Part shown: positions 27,159 through 42,200 of the stretch, one piece after another
Layout: every line of letters starts with the position of its first letter
How positions within the stretch are numbered: position 1 is the stretch's first letter
Assembly: GCA_044221725.1 (NCBI GenBank)
Contig: JBGAON010000005.1
Coordinates: 192,001-256,000, forward strand
Reading direction: 5' to 3'
Length of the DNA stretch: 64,000 nt
Source: Elusimicrobiota bacterium
Lineage (GTDB): Bacteria > Elusimicrobiota > Elusimicrobia > F11
Translations under genes and position numbers: made by a program
Notes under the pieces: generated by a model
What the model was told of the DNA's origin: nothing
Seen by the model: the letters and a program-made list of their open reading frames with translations, nothing else
Database searches by the model: none

Positions 27159-27209
27159 TTGTTTACACCCTCTTTTTGATGCGCTCGGGGTGGGAAAACC
27201 ACTAAAAAA

Positions 27210-30200
27210 ATGAATCCAAAAACGCAAAAAAAACTGAAGAAATTTATCGCGATAGTTCTGTGCGCGGTGGAAGTCAACTCTCAGGTAATTTTTGCGGGTG
27301 TGCCAGTGTGGATGGGTGTTCCTCCGGGCGTCGAACCGATTCAGCAGCGCTTGTTACGGCTGGGCAAAAAAGTCGCGCAGGACGCCGCGCAAACGGGACT
27401 GAACATTTTTCATGGTTTTGCTTATCCCGATCGCATTCAGTTCGATCCGCGGGGTCGCACCGATTACCCCGAAGAATCCCGCACCTCTCCCGAATCCGCC
27501 TCCCGCGAAGACAAACGTCAGATGGACATCCTGCGACAGATGGAAGAGCTCCAAATTTTCCAGGAAGAAACATTTTCCAACCGTCCACAATTGCCGGGTG
27601 CCCAACCGGAAGTTTTGGACACGATCTCCACTTACAAGCTGAACACCAACGTTGGTCGCGAGCTGAAACGCGTTCGCGAAGATCTCACGAAAAAGCGCGA
27701 AGCCTACGACGCCGACTTGGATAGTCTGCGTCGCGCGATCAAAGGGGCTGGCGGGAGCGTCAAAACCGAACGCGACGGTGGCCGCTATTACTACATTCAC
27801 GGACTTTTGGCCGCGATCATTGGTCAACGGCTCGTCGACGGCAACAATCAGATCACCACGGTGGACACCCGCCGCATCAAGTACGACAAGGAGCGTCGCC
27901 TACAATCGGGCAGCACCCGCATTGCGCGCGATACGCAAGGAAACGTTACGGTCACCGTCCGAACGAATGTCAAATATTCGGCGGACTCGAACGAACACGG
28001 AAAACAAATCGTGACGAGCTACGTCGAGACCACGATCGATCCGAACGGCAACGTGTCCACGGTCGAGCGCGAAAACATTCAATACCTGGATCCCAGCCCG
28101 CACAAGATTAATGGCGAGGATAAGCGGGGCCAATACGTCACAGCGTATGACGAAATCAGCACGGACCAATTTGGCAACAAAACCACAACCCGTTTTGAGA
28201 ACGGGAAATACCAGCGCTACGGTGACAACTGGTACTTGACCGCGTTCGATCAAACTTCCACCGATGCCGACAAAAACACAACCGTTACGCATCGCCGCGA
28301 CGCGGCTTACGTGTTCAATCCAAACTTTCGGAAACTAAACGGCGGCCGAACGACGCGCGAAGAATATCTGCTCGACCACTACACGCAGGTCGTTACCGAT
28401 CCAAAAGGTTTGGTCTCAACGCAGCTCTGGCAAAACGCACGTTACGATGCGAACGACAACTTGGTGTCATACAACCAAACGAACCTGAACTCGGATAACG
28501 CGCTTGCGACCATCACCGAGTTTCGCAAAGGCGCGTACGACAAGTACGGTCGCCAGGTCGCATTCGACCGCACCGAGAAGTTTGCGGATGGCACGAGCAT
28601 CCATACAACGCGGCTCAACACGACGTTCAACAAGATCGGCGATACTCTTGCGTACAGTGAAATCACCGATGGGGACGACGGTTACCTCGTTCGCACCGAC
28701 CGGTTTGGCATCGATTACAACCGCAAGCGTCAGCAATTGTCGTACCGCGAAACACGCATCGACCAGAACGGCATTGTCATTGATGACACGTGGTCCGCTC
28801 TTCAGGATGGGCTGAAAGATGACGCGGTCGCCGAACTCGGAGAGAAAGGTTACGACAAGCGCGGCCGGTTGATCGGTTTCGAAAAAACCACGACGTCCGG
28901 TAACGTCACGGAAAACCAACGGACCACGAACATTACGTTCGATTTGCGGGGCGGGCAGATGGATTCCCTCGTGCGCACAACCATGCGAACGAATCGCGGT
29001 GACGGCAGCGACATCGGCTCAAACGATATCGTGCATTGGGTTGATACGCACCGGCTCGAAACCAAATACGGAGCCGATGGCCAAGTGGTCTCGTACAAAG
29101 ACCGAATTCTTGATTGGGGCATAAACACCTCGGACAACGAGATTGTGCGCGACCTGCGCATCGACGTCGACCGAAGCGACATATCGCTCACCGGATTTTT
29201 CGAGAAGCGCGTAACGACCGGAGGTGCCAAGCGCGCCGAATACGGACAAAACACCGCCGAGGCGATTGAGGCGACAACCACGAACTTGCAGACGAACACT
29301 GTCTACGACGGGAGCGGACGCGTGTTCAGCTACAACCAAGTATCGACCGATTCGAACACGAACAAAATCACGGCTTCGGCTTTCTCGAACTTGGCGTACG
29401 ACGCGCAAAATCATTTGTTGCATTCGAAAGAAGAGGCGGACGAAGCCTATCTCGCGGCCGATGGCGCTATGCAATCCGAAGGTCGCCTTCACCGGGTCAC
29501 CACCCGCGCCGCGCTGGTTTACGACGGGTTCGACCGGATTCTTGACGCTCAGACGAACACGCACACCTCAACCACGGGCACCGATATCACGATCAACGCA
29601 AACCGCAAGAGCGTGAAATACAACGCGCTCGGCGATGTGGCCGATTACACGGAAGCGGTTGTCTCGAACGCCTCTGCGAATTTGACCGAGACCACGCATT
29701 GGCAAGGTACCAACTACAGTGTGCTGGGTCGACTTAAAAGTTCGAAGCAAACACTGCACCGTGAAGGAACCGATGCCGATGGTACCGTGCTCGACACAAA
29801 CCGAACGACCGTGACGACCGGCATTCAATACGATTTGCGAAACCGTTTAACCGATTACGACGAGCTCGTAACGTCCGACGAATCGCCGGACCTCAAAACA
29901 ACGAACGTCGTTCGAAACATCACCTACGATTCGCGCGATCACCAAATGATCGGCACGCAAACAACAATCCGCGAAGGCAACGGCATGAACGAAATTTCAA
30001 TCGCGATGCGTGATCACATCACGACCAACGCGGACGGCGTGGTGGATGGCTATCAAGAAACAACGTTGACACCGGATGGCGTTCAGGCGACAAACGTTGT
30101 CGCAAACGTGGTGTGGACCGGGTGGGGACACAACGAACAGATTTTGGAAAAGCACACCACGTCGATTACGAACGAAGCGACCGGTATCACCACGACCACC

Positions 30201-33200
30201 GATTATCGCGCAACGTTCGACCAGTTTGGTCGCGTGATTCAAACGGACGAAGACGCGCGGCGACAAGGCGCTGGCGTTGACCAGCACACACAGCGTCAGG
30301 TGCTGATGAACTTCGATACCGTGGGGCTTATCAACATCCGTCGCGACGTAACGACCCGGCTCGATCCGTCGCCGCTCCTCAATCCGTCGGTCGAACTGGT
30401 GACGACCGTGCTGCAGAATTTTGTCTACGACCGTCACGGCCGCGAAAGTTCGGTGTACGAGAAAAATCAAACGGCCGGCACGCTGCCGAGCGGCGAAAGT
30501 TACGCGCGTGAAACGACGACGCTGAAGAACAACATTGCGTACAACGGTCTCGGTCGTGAAGTGAACTATCAGCAAACATTGCGGTCGAGCGATAGCCCGG
30601 ATTTGGTGACGACCACGTTGCGCGGCGCTATTGCCTATAACTTACAGGGCCAGCAACTCGGTTACACGGACACGGTGCACGAGCTTGGTGGCGACATCGA
30701 TAACACGTTCACCACGATTCGCTCCGGCCTGACGTACACCGGTTCGCATCTCGCGCATTCAAACGATCAGACGTTCGACGGCACCGTGCAAAGTGCGAAT
30801 CAAGTGACGCGCACACTCGACACCACGCTCGCGTACGACAATGCGTCGGGTCTCGTCACGTCGAACACGCAAGTGGCGTCCGAAACCGGCGCGGGTTTAA
30901 ATCACGTGAAAACCACGGTCCACAATGGCATCGTGTACGATCGGAATGGGACAGAGCTCACCTACGCAAACACCATCACCGACAATGCGACGCCGGACAT
31001 TACGCAGACCGTCGTGCGCACCGATGCCACCCTGGTTCGCGGGATCTTGACCGGCTACACCGAAAGCACACGAAATCTGTCGGCCGATGGAACAAGCCGC
31101 GACACGTTATTGGTGATGCGACACACGGCGCTCGGCTACGACAATTTCGCACGACTTGTTTCGGACAAATTTGTTGAACAAAATATTTACGGAGAAACGC
31201 TGGAGCATCTGCGCACACAAGGCTACGACACGACGGGACACGTGAACGACACGAACGAACGCATCGCGACGCGTGGTACAAATATTACGACCGAAACGCA
31301 CCGCGCGAACATTCGGTTCACGCGGCGCGGCGATCAAGCGTCTTACACCGAAACGCAAACATCGTCGGCGAGCGCCGGTCTCGTTACGACGATTGATTGG
31401 CAAGCACAAGGTGGTGTGCGCGACGGTTACGGAGCAAATGGACTCTTGTTTGGTTTTCACCAAGTCGAACACCGCGTGGGCGCCGAAATTAACGAAACAA
31501 TCGATCTCACGCGATCGAACCTCACCTACACGCGTACCGCGCAGCAAGCGTCGTACCGCGACGTGCGCATCGATAGCGCAGCGCCCGACGTGCGCGAAAG
31601 CGTTGATTGGCGTATCGCTGACGGCGGATACAACGGCGTGGGCGATCAAACGCATTACTTCACGACAACAACGCGCTCGGATATTTCGCAAAACGGTCAG
31701 CACCTGAACGTTACGAATCAGCAAGAATTTCAAGCGGCGTTTAATCGAATCGGCCAGCAAACACGGGTTCTCACGACGTCGCATGAAACCGGACTGGGTT
31801 TGGATGCCACCACGATCGAAGACCGATCGAACATTCAATACGATGCGCACAATCGTTCCACGGGTTACGATTTGTTGCAGACCGACGCCTATGGAAATGT
31901 AACGCACACAATTCGAACCGGCGGAGATTACGATGATCGGGGTCACCTGTTGGTCTATCACGAAGAGATCGACGACCCTTCCTACGATGGATCGGGCAAA
32001 TTGCTGCACCGCACGGTGGATTGGAGCTCGACCGGCACCAACGCCGATGGTTTACTTTTTGGTTTTCGCAAAACAGAAGTCGAGTTGGACGAAAATGGAA
32101 ACCCCGTTCCACGCCGCACGACCGTAACCGACCGAAGCAATCTTCATTACACGACGGGCGGCCAAGAAGCGGGATATCACGAAGAGACCGATCAAGTGTG
32201 GCAGGACGGTTCGCGAACGTTCTCAGCGCTCGACCGAACCGGTGAAAGCTACAACGCGCTCGGGCAATTGCGTGCGTGGAACGAGAGCGGCCACACGATC
32301 ACGTATCAAGGTTCGGCCGTTTTGCGCGACAACGTTGTCGCCACGAACTGGACGGCCGGTGACGCGAACGGCGTCGGTGCGTACGCGCAGAACGGACGCC
32401 TCGCACGGTATCACCAAGAAGTGTCGAACACGTCGCTCCGCGAAACGCTGCAGACAACCGAAACCACCGATTGGCAGGCGATCAACTTTAATCTTAAAGG
32501 GTGGGTTACCGAATATAACCAGACGGTTCAACGTTCCGGCATGAGCGATGAAGTGTTGGGGCTTCCGTCCGAATGGGATTTGCTGACGGCGCTCCAGCGC
32601 GCCGAATGGCTTTCAAGTTTCAATTTTGTTTTGCCCGATGGCTCGATCGTTCCCTGGAACAGTTTGCCGACGCTCGCGCGCGTCGATTTGGTGGCGACCG
32701 GCCGCACGGACAAATTGGTTGCCGGACAAGTTATTCGTTTGAGCGATCTACAAATTGAGCGGCGCCTCGGCTCGCGCGTGGCCACGCACCGCTCGAACGT
32801 GCAATTTAATAGCCAGGGTTTGGCGACCAGTTATCATGAAGATGTAAACGACAACGATCTCAGCACGAAGCGCGATTGGACCGGTGGTGATTTTGATGCG
32901 CGCGGGCGCGCCGCCACGATCCACGAGGTGACCGTTGGCGTTTCGGGCGAGCGCACCATTTCCGATCGTGACCGCGTGCTCTACGACCTTCAAGCGCGTG
33001 TGATGGGCTACCACGAAATCACGACCACAAGCGCGAACGATATTCGGACAGACCAAGTTGTGTACATGCACTACGATGCTCTCGGCCGTTTGTCCGAGCA
33101 AGACCGATACGCTCACGAAGTGTCGCAGGATGGCGGCGGCATTGACCGATTTACGAACACACATCTTCGCGGAATCACTTACAACGGATTCGATCAGCAA

Positions 33201-36200
33201 GTGTCGAACACGCAAGTCCAATACGACATGAACGGCATCGTGATCGACGGTCAGTCGTACGGATGGGACAATCATTTTGTGGGCGGGCCCACGCTCACGG
33301 ACGAACAGCGCTATTTGATTTCGATCGGGCGCGCCATCTCGAACCAAGTGGTGAATGTCACATCGCTGCGCGGCATCAATTACGATTTGAATGGGCGCCA
33401 ATCCGGCTATGTGAGTTTTCAATTCCAGAGCGGCAAATTGCCGACGGGCCAAACGGCGGCGAACGGTTCGAGCATTTTGGAAACCGCCCAAGCGGTGGTG
33501 CGGTCGAACGCGCAATATTATGGGGCGAGCGGCATTCAACCGGGCGGACTCCTTTCCAGTTACCGCGAAATTTCGCGCAACACCGTTGCGCAACTTCAAA
33601 CGATCACGCAAACGAACGGTATCCAATACAACGATGCCGGTCAGCGGGCGAGCTTTGCCACGCAGACGCAACTGAAGAACGACATTCCGGGCCAAGAAGT
33701 GGACCGCACCGTTTCGTCGTTCCGCGGCAACATCGAATACAACAAGGCAGGTTTGCAAACCTCAGCGATCGACAATTCCATCGAAAACGATTTGCGCACG
33801 ACAAACGTCACGCAGACGTTGCGGTACGATGCGCGCGGCCGCGCGCTCGAAACACGCACGACCACGATCACCGAGGGCAGCGCAACAACCGATGCTTACA
33901 TGATCGCCGGTCGCGAAATGGATCCGCTCGAACTCGCGCAGTTGCTGGAGATGAATCCGGGTTCGTCGGTAGCGGACTTGGTCGCGCTCGGTATCATCCA
34001 AATTCAAAACAATGTGCCGCATCGCGTCAGCGAAATGTCGACGAACCATCGCGTCGGCATTCAATACGACAATTTGGATCGTCAGGTTGATTACACCGAG
34101 GAAACTCTGGCGCCGGGCAACGTGTTCACGCGCACGCATTTCTACGGGATCGGCTTTGATGATCACGGCCGGCAAACGACGTTCCGCACGCACACGCAGA
34201 CGAGCGGTCGCACGCTGCTGTATTTTGTGGCCGGCCAACAGGTGGCTCCGGACGCGCTTGCAAAATTGTTGATCGCACAAAACATCACGATTTGGGATGC
34301 GTTGGCGCAAGGACTCGTGACCACATCGTTCGCGACGAACCCGCTTACGGACCGAGCGGACACGTTTCGCACCGAGATGTCGTACGACACGAACGGAAAT
34401 CTCACCCATTATCGCGATACGATCACGGAAATACGCGGAGGCCTTGCCGAACAACGCACGAATATCGTTGATAGCACTTACAACCGTTTCAATAAGGTGG
34501 CAACGCAACGCACGCAGAGCCACACGACGCAGAACGTCGGTGGAACCGAAAACACGAGCGATAGCGACAATCTCATCACGTATTTCTACGACAACGGCGG
34601 AAACGTGCGCGGCGGCCAAGGTCATTCGGTGAATAGCACGTATGATCCGACGACACAAACGCGCACGACCTCCGAAAGCGACGATGTCTATACGATGATC
34701 GGTTCGCAAGCGCGCAATTCGGTTTCCACTATTTCAACGCGCACGCGAAACGGTGACGGCAGCGAAACGAATTCGCTCACAACGCGGGTAAACAATTACG
34801 ATCCGTTGGACGGCGCCGTCTTGTCGGCCTACGAAGTCGGTCAATCCGAAACCGTGGACGGCGTCACAAAATCGCGCACAACATCCATCACGCGGCAAAT
34901 TTCGACCGCGGTGAACGGCGAACTGAAAACCGCTCTGACGCTAAACAGCTCCCACACGGACAACGCCGATGCGTCAACGCGTGACGTGTTGTATGCGATT
35001 ACGTCGAACACTTACAACGCGAACGGATGGTTGACCGGCGCCCAGGGTTACGAAGAAGCGATTTCAAAAGATGGCAACGGCGGCGAGACGTTCAGCCAAG
35101 CGCACCAGACGTACGAGATTATCGGAGACCGTGCGCGATTGCTCGATGCGGACACCGATTCGATCACGCGATGGATTGATCACGCGAGCGAAGGACCGCA
35201 AACGATCAGCCACTCGCACAATCACTACACGAACAATCAGCGCACCGGCGTCGTCGAATCCGCGCTGGAGAACGTAACGTTCACAACGACCGAACCGCTG
35301 ATCACGACCGACGAAAACGGAAATGTTTTGGCGAGCGTGACACAAACAACCACCGGCACCACAACAAACCGTTACGACGACGTTTATTTCGGCCAAGCAA
35401 AACTCACGCGTTCGACGACCGTGTCCGATCTGACCCATCCGGACGGAACAACCACGCGCGACAACCGCGTCACGCATTACCATTACAACAGTCAAGGCCG
35501 GCTCACGAGCGCTGATGGAAGCGGCGATTCGTTGACAACCTCCTACACGGAAACCGGCGCGCTTTATAGCGAAGCGACGACATCCACCATCTATTCGTAC
35601 GAAGTGATCAACGATCAAGCGCGTTTGAAACAAACCGACGCGACGACGACCACGCAGAACAAAATGGCCGCCGACGGCACAAATTCCGTGCAAACCAATC
35701 GCGTCATCTACGACAACGACCGTTTGACCGGCCGCGTGCTCAGCGCGTCGGGCACCGGTACATTTACGAACAACGACTGGGGTGTGCTGAACACGAATCT
35801 AACGGGCGGCCAAACCGGCAGAGTGAGCACGACCACGGGCACATTGCTGCAGGAATATGTGCTGGTTCGCGGCGAAGCGAAACTGAAACGCAGTGTCTCG
35901 ACGGCAACGACCATTGCTTACGACGGCACGCGCACCAATGCGACAACAACGACCATCAATATTTATGACGCGTTGGGCCGATTGATTGGCGGTACGTCGG
36001 ACAGTCATTCGACAAACAATGAGTTCGATTATTCTTCTCCGAACACCGTCGTTAGTGAAACGGTTTCGGATAGCACGCAGCGCATGGTGGTCATTGCCGG
36101 AGAGCTGCGCGCGCTCTATAGCAACACGCACTCGCACACGGTTCCGAAGGCGACCAATGGCACAGCGCTCGGGTACACCGATCAAGACATCCGCGTGGAT

Positions 36201-39200
36201 TTCACGTACGACCCGAACACGGGCCGTGTGACCGGCGCGCACGGCGCGGGCCGCTCGCTTGGCATCGATTCGTTCGGCAACGTCACGGTTGGAACGATCG
36301 ATCAAAAATACACGGTGATCGCGAACCAAGCGCGCATGACCGAATCGCAAACCGTGAACGACACCGAAAACACCGACCTTTCGACAAATCATCAGGTTAC
36401 GCTCATCGTCAACACGTACGCAGCGAACGGTTTGTTACAAAGCTCGACGGGCAGCGGATTTTTCGTTTCGGACAACGGATTCGGCGACGCGTCGGAAGGG
36501 GATATTTCGCAGTCCTTCTTTATTATTGGGGGACAAGCGAAAATTGCGACGTCCACCACGAACACGTTTAGCACCGGTTCGGACGGTGGATCCAGCTCGC
36601 AAAGTTTGACCGTCAGTTACCGCTACGACGCGCTCGGTCGGCTCACGGGGGCCACCGGAAACGGCACCGTTGACTCGTTTGATGCGCAGGGGAACATCAC
36701 GACCGGCGTCATTCGCCAAACCTACGAGATCCTTTTAAATCAAGCGCGTCTCAAAACGTCGACGACCGACACGACGGTAACAGCGCCCGATGATGTGGTT
36801 ACGAACGAGTCGATTGTTGTCACGTACACGAACAGCACAGTGACCGGGCTTGTGACCGGCGCGACCGGCGCTGGTACGTTCCGCACGTTCGATCCAAACG
36901 CCAACACGACCGTGAACGGAACCGTGCGCCAATCCTATGTCGTGATTGCGGGCCAAGCAAAACTTTTGGATCAATACAGTCTCGCGAATGGCGTCACGTA
37001 CAACGCGGTCACGCAACAATTTGAAAACGTTCCGGCGGGGGCGCATACCGATAGCGTCACGCACAACGAATACGATGCGCGCGGCGTGTTGCTGAACTCG
37101 TTCTCGGTGTCGCGCCAAATTAATTCAGCGGGTGAAGTCACTTACTCACGTCAGAACGCCGTGTACGATACCGTGAACGGGCTCCGCACGGCGGGCCATT
37201 TGTACGGTTTGACCGAGCGCCGCGGCACGAACGACACGGTGATTGAGAGCACGTATTTTGATACCGAAGAAACGTATATTGCGTTGCCGCACATTTCATT
37301 GTTGGGGCAGGAAGTCACCGAAGCGCGCCGCGCGAGTTCGTTCACGCGCAGCGACACAACGAACATTGACGGTGGCGATCAACACTCCGAAATTCAGACG
37401 TTCTACGCGTACGATGATCAAGGCCGCCTGGTGGAAACAAACGCGAACGGCGAACGTACGTACGGTCAAGGGTTCACTGTCAGTCATTCGGGTTTTGATC
37501 CGAACGGAATTCCATACGATGAGGTGCGCACCGAGATCAATCAAACCTACGAAGTGGTGCGCATTGGAAACGGCGTCGCCAAACTAAAGACAAGCACGTC
37601 GGTTTCCGATACGTATCACTACGGATCAAATTCGGCGTCGGCCATTCCGGCTTGGGCCGCGCAGCAAGCGACGTTGCTTTTGCGCAGCGGAAAAAATTTG
37701 GGAGTGATGCCGTGGCTGGGACTTTCTGGCATCGATCAGAATACCGCGATTCTCGGCGACCGCGCTGGCACGACCAATCATCAAGAACTTTCGATTGTTT
37801 ACGTGAACGACAACCGCGCGCGTGTCGTGAGCGGCGACGGCATTGGGTTTTCAAAATCGGTGGATCGTTATGGCAATACCACGAACACGCGCCTCTACCA
37901 ATCCTACGTGGGCATTGCTAACCAAGCGCGGCTGCGCACGGCCACAAATATTTCCGACACGTTGAACACCGATTCGTCGACACAGCACCAGGAGCTCACA
38001 ACCTCGTACGAGTTGAACAACCGCACGGGCCGCATTTTGAATATTCAAGGAAATGGCACCTTCCGGTCGAGCGATGGCTTCGGCAATTTGACGTCGGGCA
38101 CGCTCACGCAGACGTACGTGCAAGCGTTCATTCGGCTTTATCAGTTGGCGCGTATGGAAACGTCGCTCAGTGAGAGCGACACGTCGAACCGCGACGGAAC
38201 AACCACGCACGCAAGCACGCTCACGACGAACACGTACAACGCCAACACGCGCCTCGTGCAAATTGATGGTAACGGAACATTCACCACGAACGATCACGGG
38301 AATTTGACAACCGGCGTCACTCGCCAGATTTACGACGACTTCCGAAATGGTGACGCAAACAATCTTCTTTTCTTAACGGGCCAAGCCCGCGTGCGGGTGC
38401 AATCAACACGTTCAACGACGGCCAACGTGGACCGCTCGACCGGATTTCAATACGTTGAACAGACGAATGCGCACGACACGTGGGACGCCTCCATAAAAAG
38501 CTCCGTCGGACAAGGGATCACGAACAGTTTCGACGGATATCGCGGCAACACGATTGGCCGCATCGATCAAACTTACGTGATTGTGAACGGTCAGGCGAAA
38601 TTGTCCGAGACAACGACCGAAACAACCACGGCCGACGCGACGGACATGGCGAGCGATGTTTTCAAGCCGATCGACACGGGCACGCTCGCGGCAGCGCGCT
38701 CACAGTTCGATTCACTTACGAACAAGAGCGATGATCCGACGGTGCTGGCGCACAAGAATTTGGACGGCACGTGGACGAACCAAACGATGAAGGTGACGTA
38801 TGCGTACGATGCGTTCGGCCGTCTGCTCGCGGCGTCCGGAATCGGTCAAACGCTGAGCGATGACGGCTACGGCGATGTGTCGCTCGGTATGACCGGCAAC
38901 CGCACGACGGGTACAATTCAGCAGATCTATCGCATCATCAACAACCAAGCGAAGCTCATCAACAGCATCACGGACAGCGTGACGCGCTACCACGATGGAT
39001 CCGTGAACGAACAGCATATGAACGTGGCGAGCACGTACGATGCGAACGGTGTTGTACGGGGATCTATCGGAAACGGCACGTATCGTTCGTCGGACAAATT
39101 CGGCAACGACACCCGCGGACGCATTACGCAATATTTTGACACCGACGTTTTGCGCCGTACGGGTCTCGCCAAAATTCGTGAAACAACGACCGACAGCCGA

Positions 39201-42200
39201 ACCGTGAACGTCGATGGTTCCACCGCCGAACAGTTCATGTCGGTCATTACAACCTACGATGCGGATGGCCGCATTTTGGACGGCGTTGATGCCGATGGGA
39301 ATTTTATTGGTGTTGTGGCAACCGGTCGTTCGCTAACGAACGACGGCTACGGCAATCTCACAAATTCGACGATCGCGCAGTATTACGACCGTCGGCTCAC
39401 GCTCGCGATTGGCGCCGCCAAGCTTTTGCATACGGTGACGCTCGGGCACGTCACGAACCGCGACGGATCCACCGCTGAATCGCGATCGGTCACAACCAAC
39501 GTCATGGATCAAACGTCGGGCAAGTTGCTCGACCTGCACGGCACCGCGCACATGGAAGGCGTGGACCTGTTTGCGAATCGCACGATCACCGACACCACGC
39601 AAGAATACGACGAGGAAGTGTTGCGCATCACGGGTCTCACACGTTTGGACACCGCGACGAATATCGTGCAGGCATTTAACAGGGATGGTTCGACCTCGTA
39701 CCAAACGTCGAATTCGCGGTTGGCGTGGGACAAGAATGGTTTGGCCGTGCTCGAAAATGGTGTTGGTAACAATGCCGTGACGAGTGGCGACAGCAAGACC
39801 GAATCGAACGACGGATATTCCAATTGGAATGGATCGACCGCGGTTCAAACTTACATCGTCGTGAACGGCCAGCACCGTGTGGTCGAAACCAATACGCGTT
39901 CGTTTACGCTGGCCGCGAACTTCAAACACGGCGATCCGCTGGTGCTCGGATTCAATATCGATAACACCCAGAACGTGTCGGATTCGCGTGTGACGAACAC
40001 CTATGACAGTCTCGGCCGCTTGATCGCAAGCGCGGGTTCGAGCGATGGCACAACGCTCGAACGTCGCACCGACGGCACCATCACGACCGACATTGTCACG
40101 AACAATCACACCGAGCAGATTTACACGGTCATGTTCGGTCAGCCGAAACTTTTCGAGCAACGTTCGCACACGTGGTCAACCTCGTTGGATTTGGTCCGGT
40201 CCGATCAAGAAATGACGATTCGCTACAGCTACGACGTAAACGGCATGTCGCTCGGTGGTGTCGGCGAAGGAATGTCGTCGACGTTTGATTCGTTCGGCAA
40301 CGCGACGTACGGGCGCACCGTGCAAACGCTGAGCCCAGTCCTCGGACAGGCCAAGGTTACGAACGTGCATAACGAAACAACGAGTGTGAACATTGATGGC
40401 TCGCGCGGTTTCCAAACGTCGGATGTCACGACCGAATTCGATGAGAACGGCCGTTACAAAAATGTTTACGGCGTCGGTTCGATTCGCAACGACGACGGTT
40501 ACGGCAATATTACGACCGGCACGACGCGCCAAATTTTCGATTTGAATTTGCTGGCCATGCATGGCCAGCAAAAAGTGCTGCAGAATATTTCGGACACGTT
40601 GCTCCAAAACAAAGATGGCGGCACAACGACCACGCATTCGGAGCAAACGAACACGTACGATGCGAACGGAATTTTGGTCGATGCGGCCGGTCTCATCACT
40701 TTCACGACGAACGATGGATTCGGAAATATTGTTGTCGGCGAGACGCGTCAACAATACGATCGCCGACTTTTGTTGGCCACGGGCCTTTTGCGCGTCGATC
40801 TTTCGACGACCCATTCAGTGGGTACCAATTTGGACGGCAGCACATCCGAACAAGTGAGCGTGACATCGTTCGCGTTCAACCGCCAAGGTTTTGCCGTGGT
40901 GGACGGCGGATTCTGGAGTCAGACACGCACGTACGGTGAATCCGCGTCGCGCTCGTCGGACAATTTCGGAAACGTCACGACGTCCGGCTCGTTTGCGCAG
41001 AATTCGAACGGCAATTGGGTTCTTACGTCGCCGGCCGAAAGTTATCAGACCTACGTGGTCATTGCGGGTCAAGCGCGCGTGCTCACATCGGTCAATACCA
41101 CACACACCGTCGATACGTGGGATCCGCCAAACGGGCCATCAAACACGCAGACCGTGACCGTTACAAACCAATACGACCTGCGGACGGGGCGATTGGTTGG
41201 CGCCAGCGGCATCGGCACGTTTACGTCGAACGATGGCAACAACAACATTACGACCGGCACGCTTCGTCAAACGTTTTTGATCGTGAACGGCCAAGCGAAG
41301 ATCAGCGTGAGCGACACCTTCACGAAAACCGCGAGCCTCGATGGTTCCTCAAACGAACAGCGCGTGGTTGTGTCGTACACCTACGACGATAACGGACTGC
41401 TTATTGCTGCGCACGGCGAAGGAAACGGCACCGCCAACGATGGCTTCTTCAACATGACGACCACGGTGATTGATCAATCGTACGCGGTGATCGCGGGGCA
41501 AGCGCGCGTGACCGAAACCGTAACGCGCTCGCTCACCAAAAACCGCGATGGTTCGACGAATTCCCAGATTGCGCGCGTGTTCAACCGCTATCAAAATTCG
41601 ACGGGCCTGTTGGCTGCGACCATTGGCTCCGCCACCTTTGTTTCGAACGACGGCTACAACAACATCACGACCGGCGACGTGCGCCAACTTTACGCGGTCA
41701 TCCGCAATCAATCGAGACTCACCGATACCTTCACCGTGTCAAACACGTTAAACCTGAACCGCTCGACGAATCACTCCGAGCAACACGTGAGCTATTTCTA
41801 CAACGACGTGAACGCGATCACAGGGCGTCTAACGGGACGCCTCACCGGCGCGTCGGGCGAAGGAACGTTTTTGTCGCAGGACCAGTTCGGAAACGTAACA
41901 AACGGCACCACGCTTCAAACCTATGTTGTGATCAATGGGCAGGCGAAAGTTCTTACGAACACGACCAATTCGGTCACGGCCAATTTGGACGGATCGAATT
42001 CCTCGCAGAATCTGGTCGTAACCAACACTTACGATCTCACAACCGGTTTGCTGAAGTCCGCGGCGGGCGTTGGCACAAACCGCGGCGACGATGGTTACGG
42101 CAACATCACGCTCGGCACAATGGCTCAAACGTTCGCGCTGATCGCGGGGCAAGCGAAGCTGACAGTGAACGCAACCAGTTCGAAAACAACGAACCACGAC

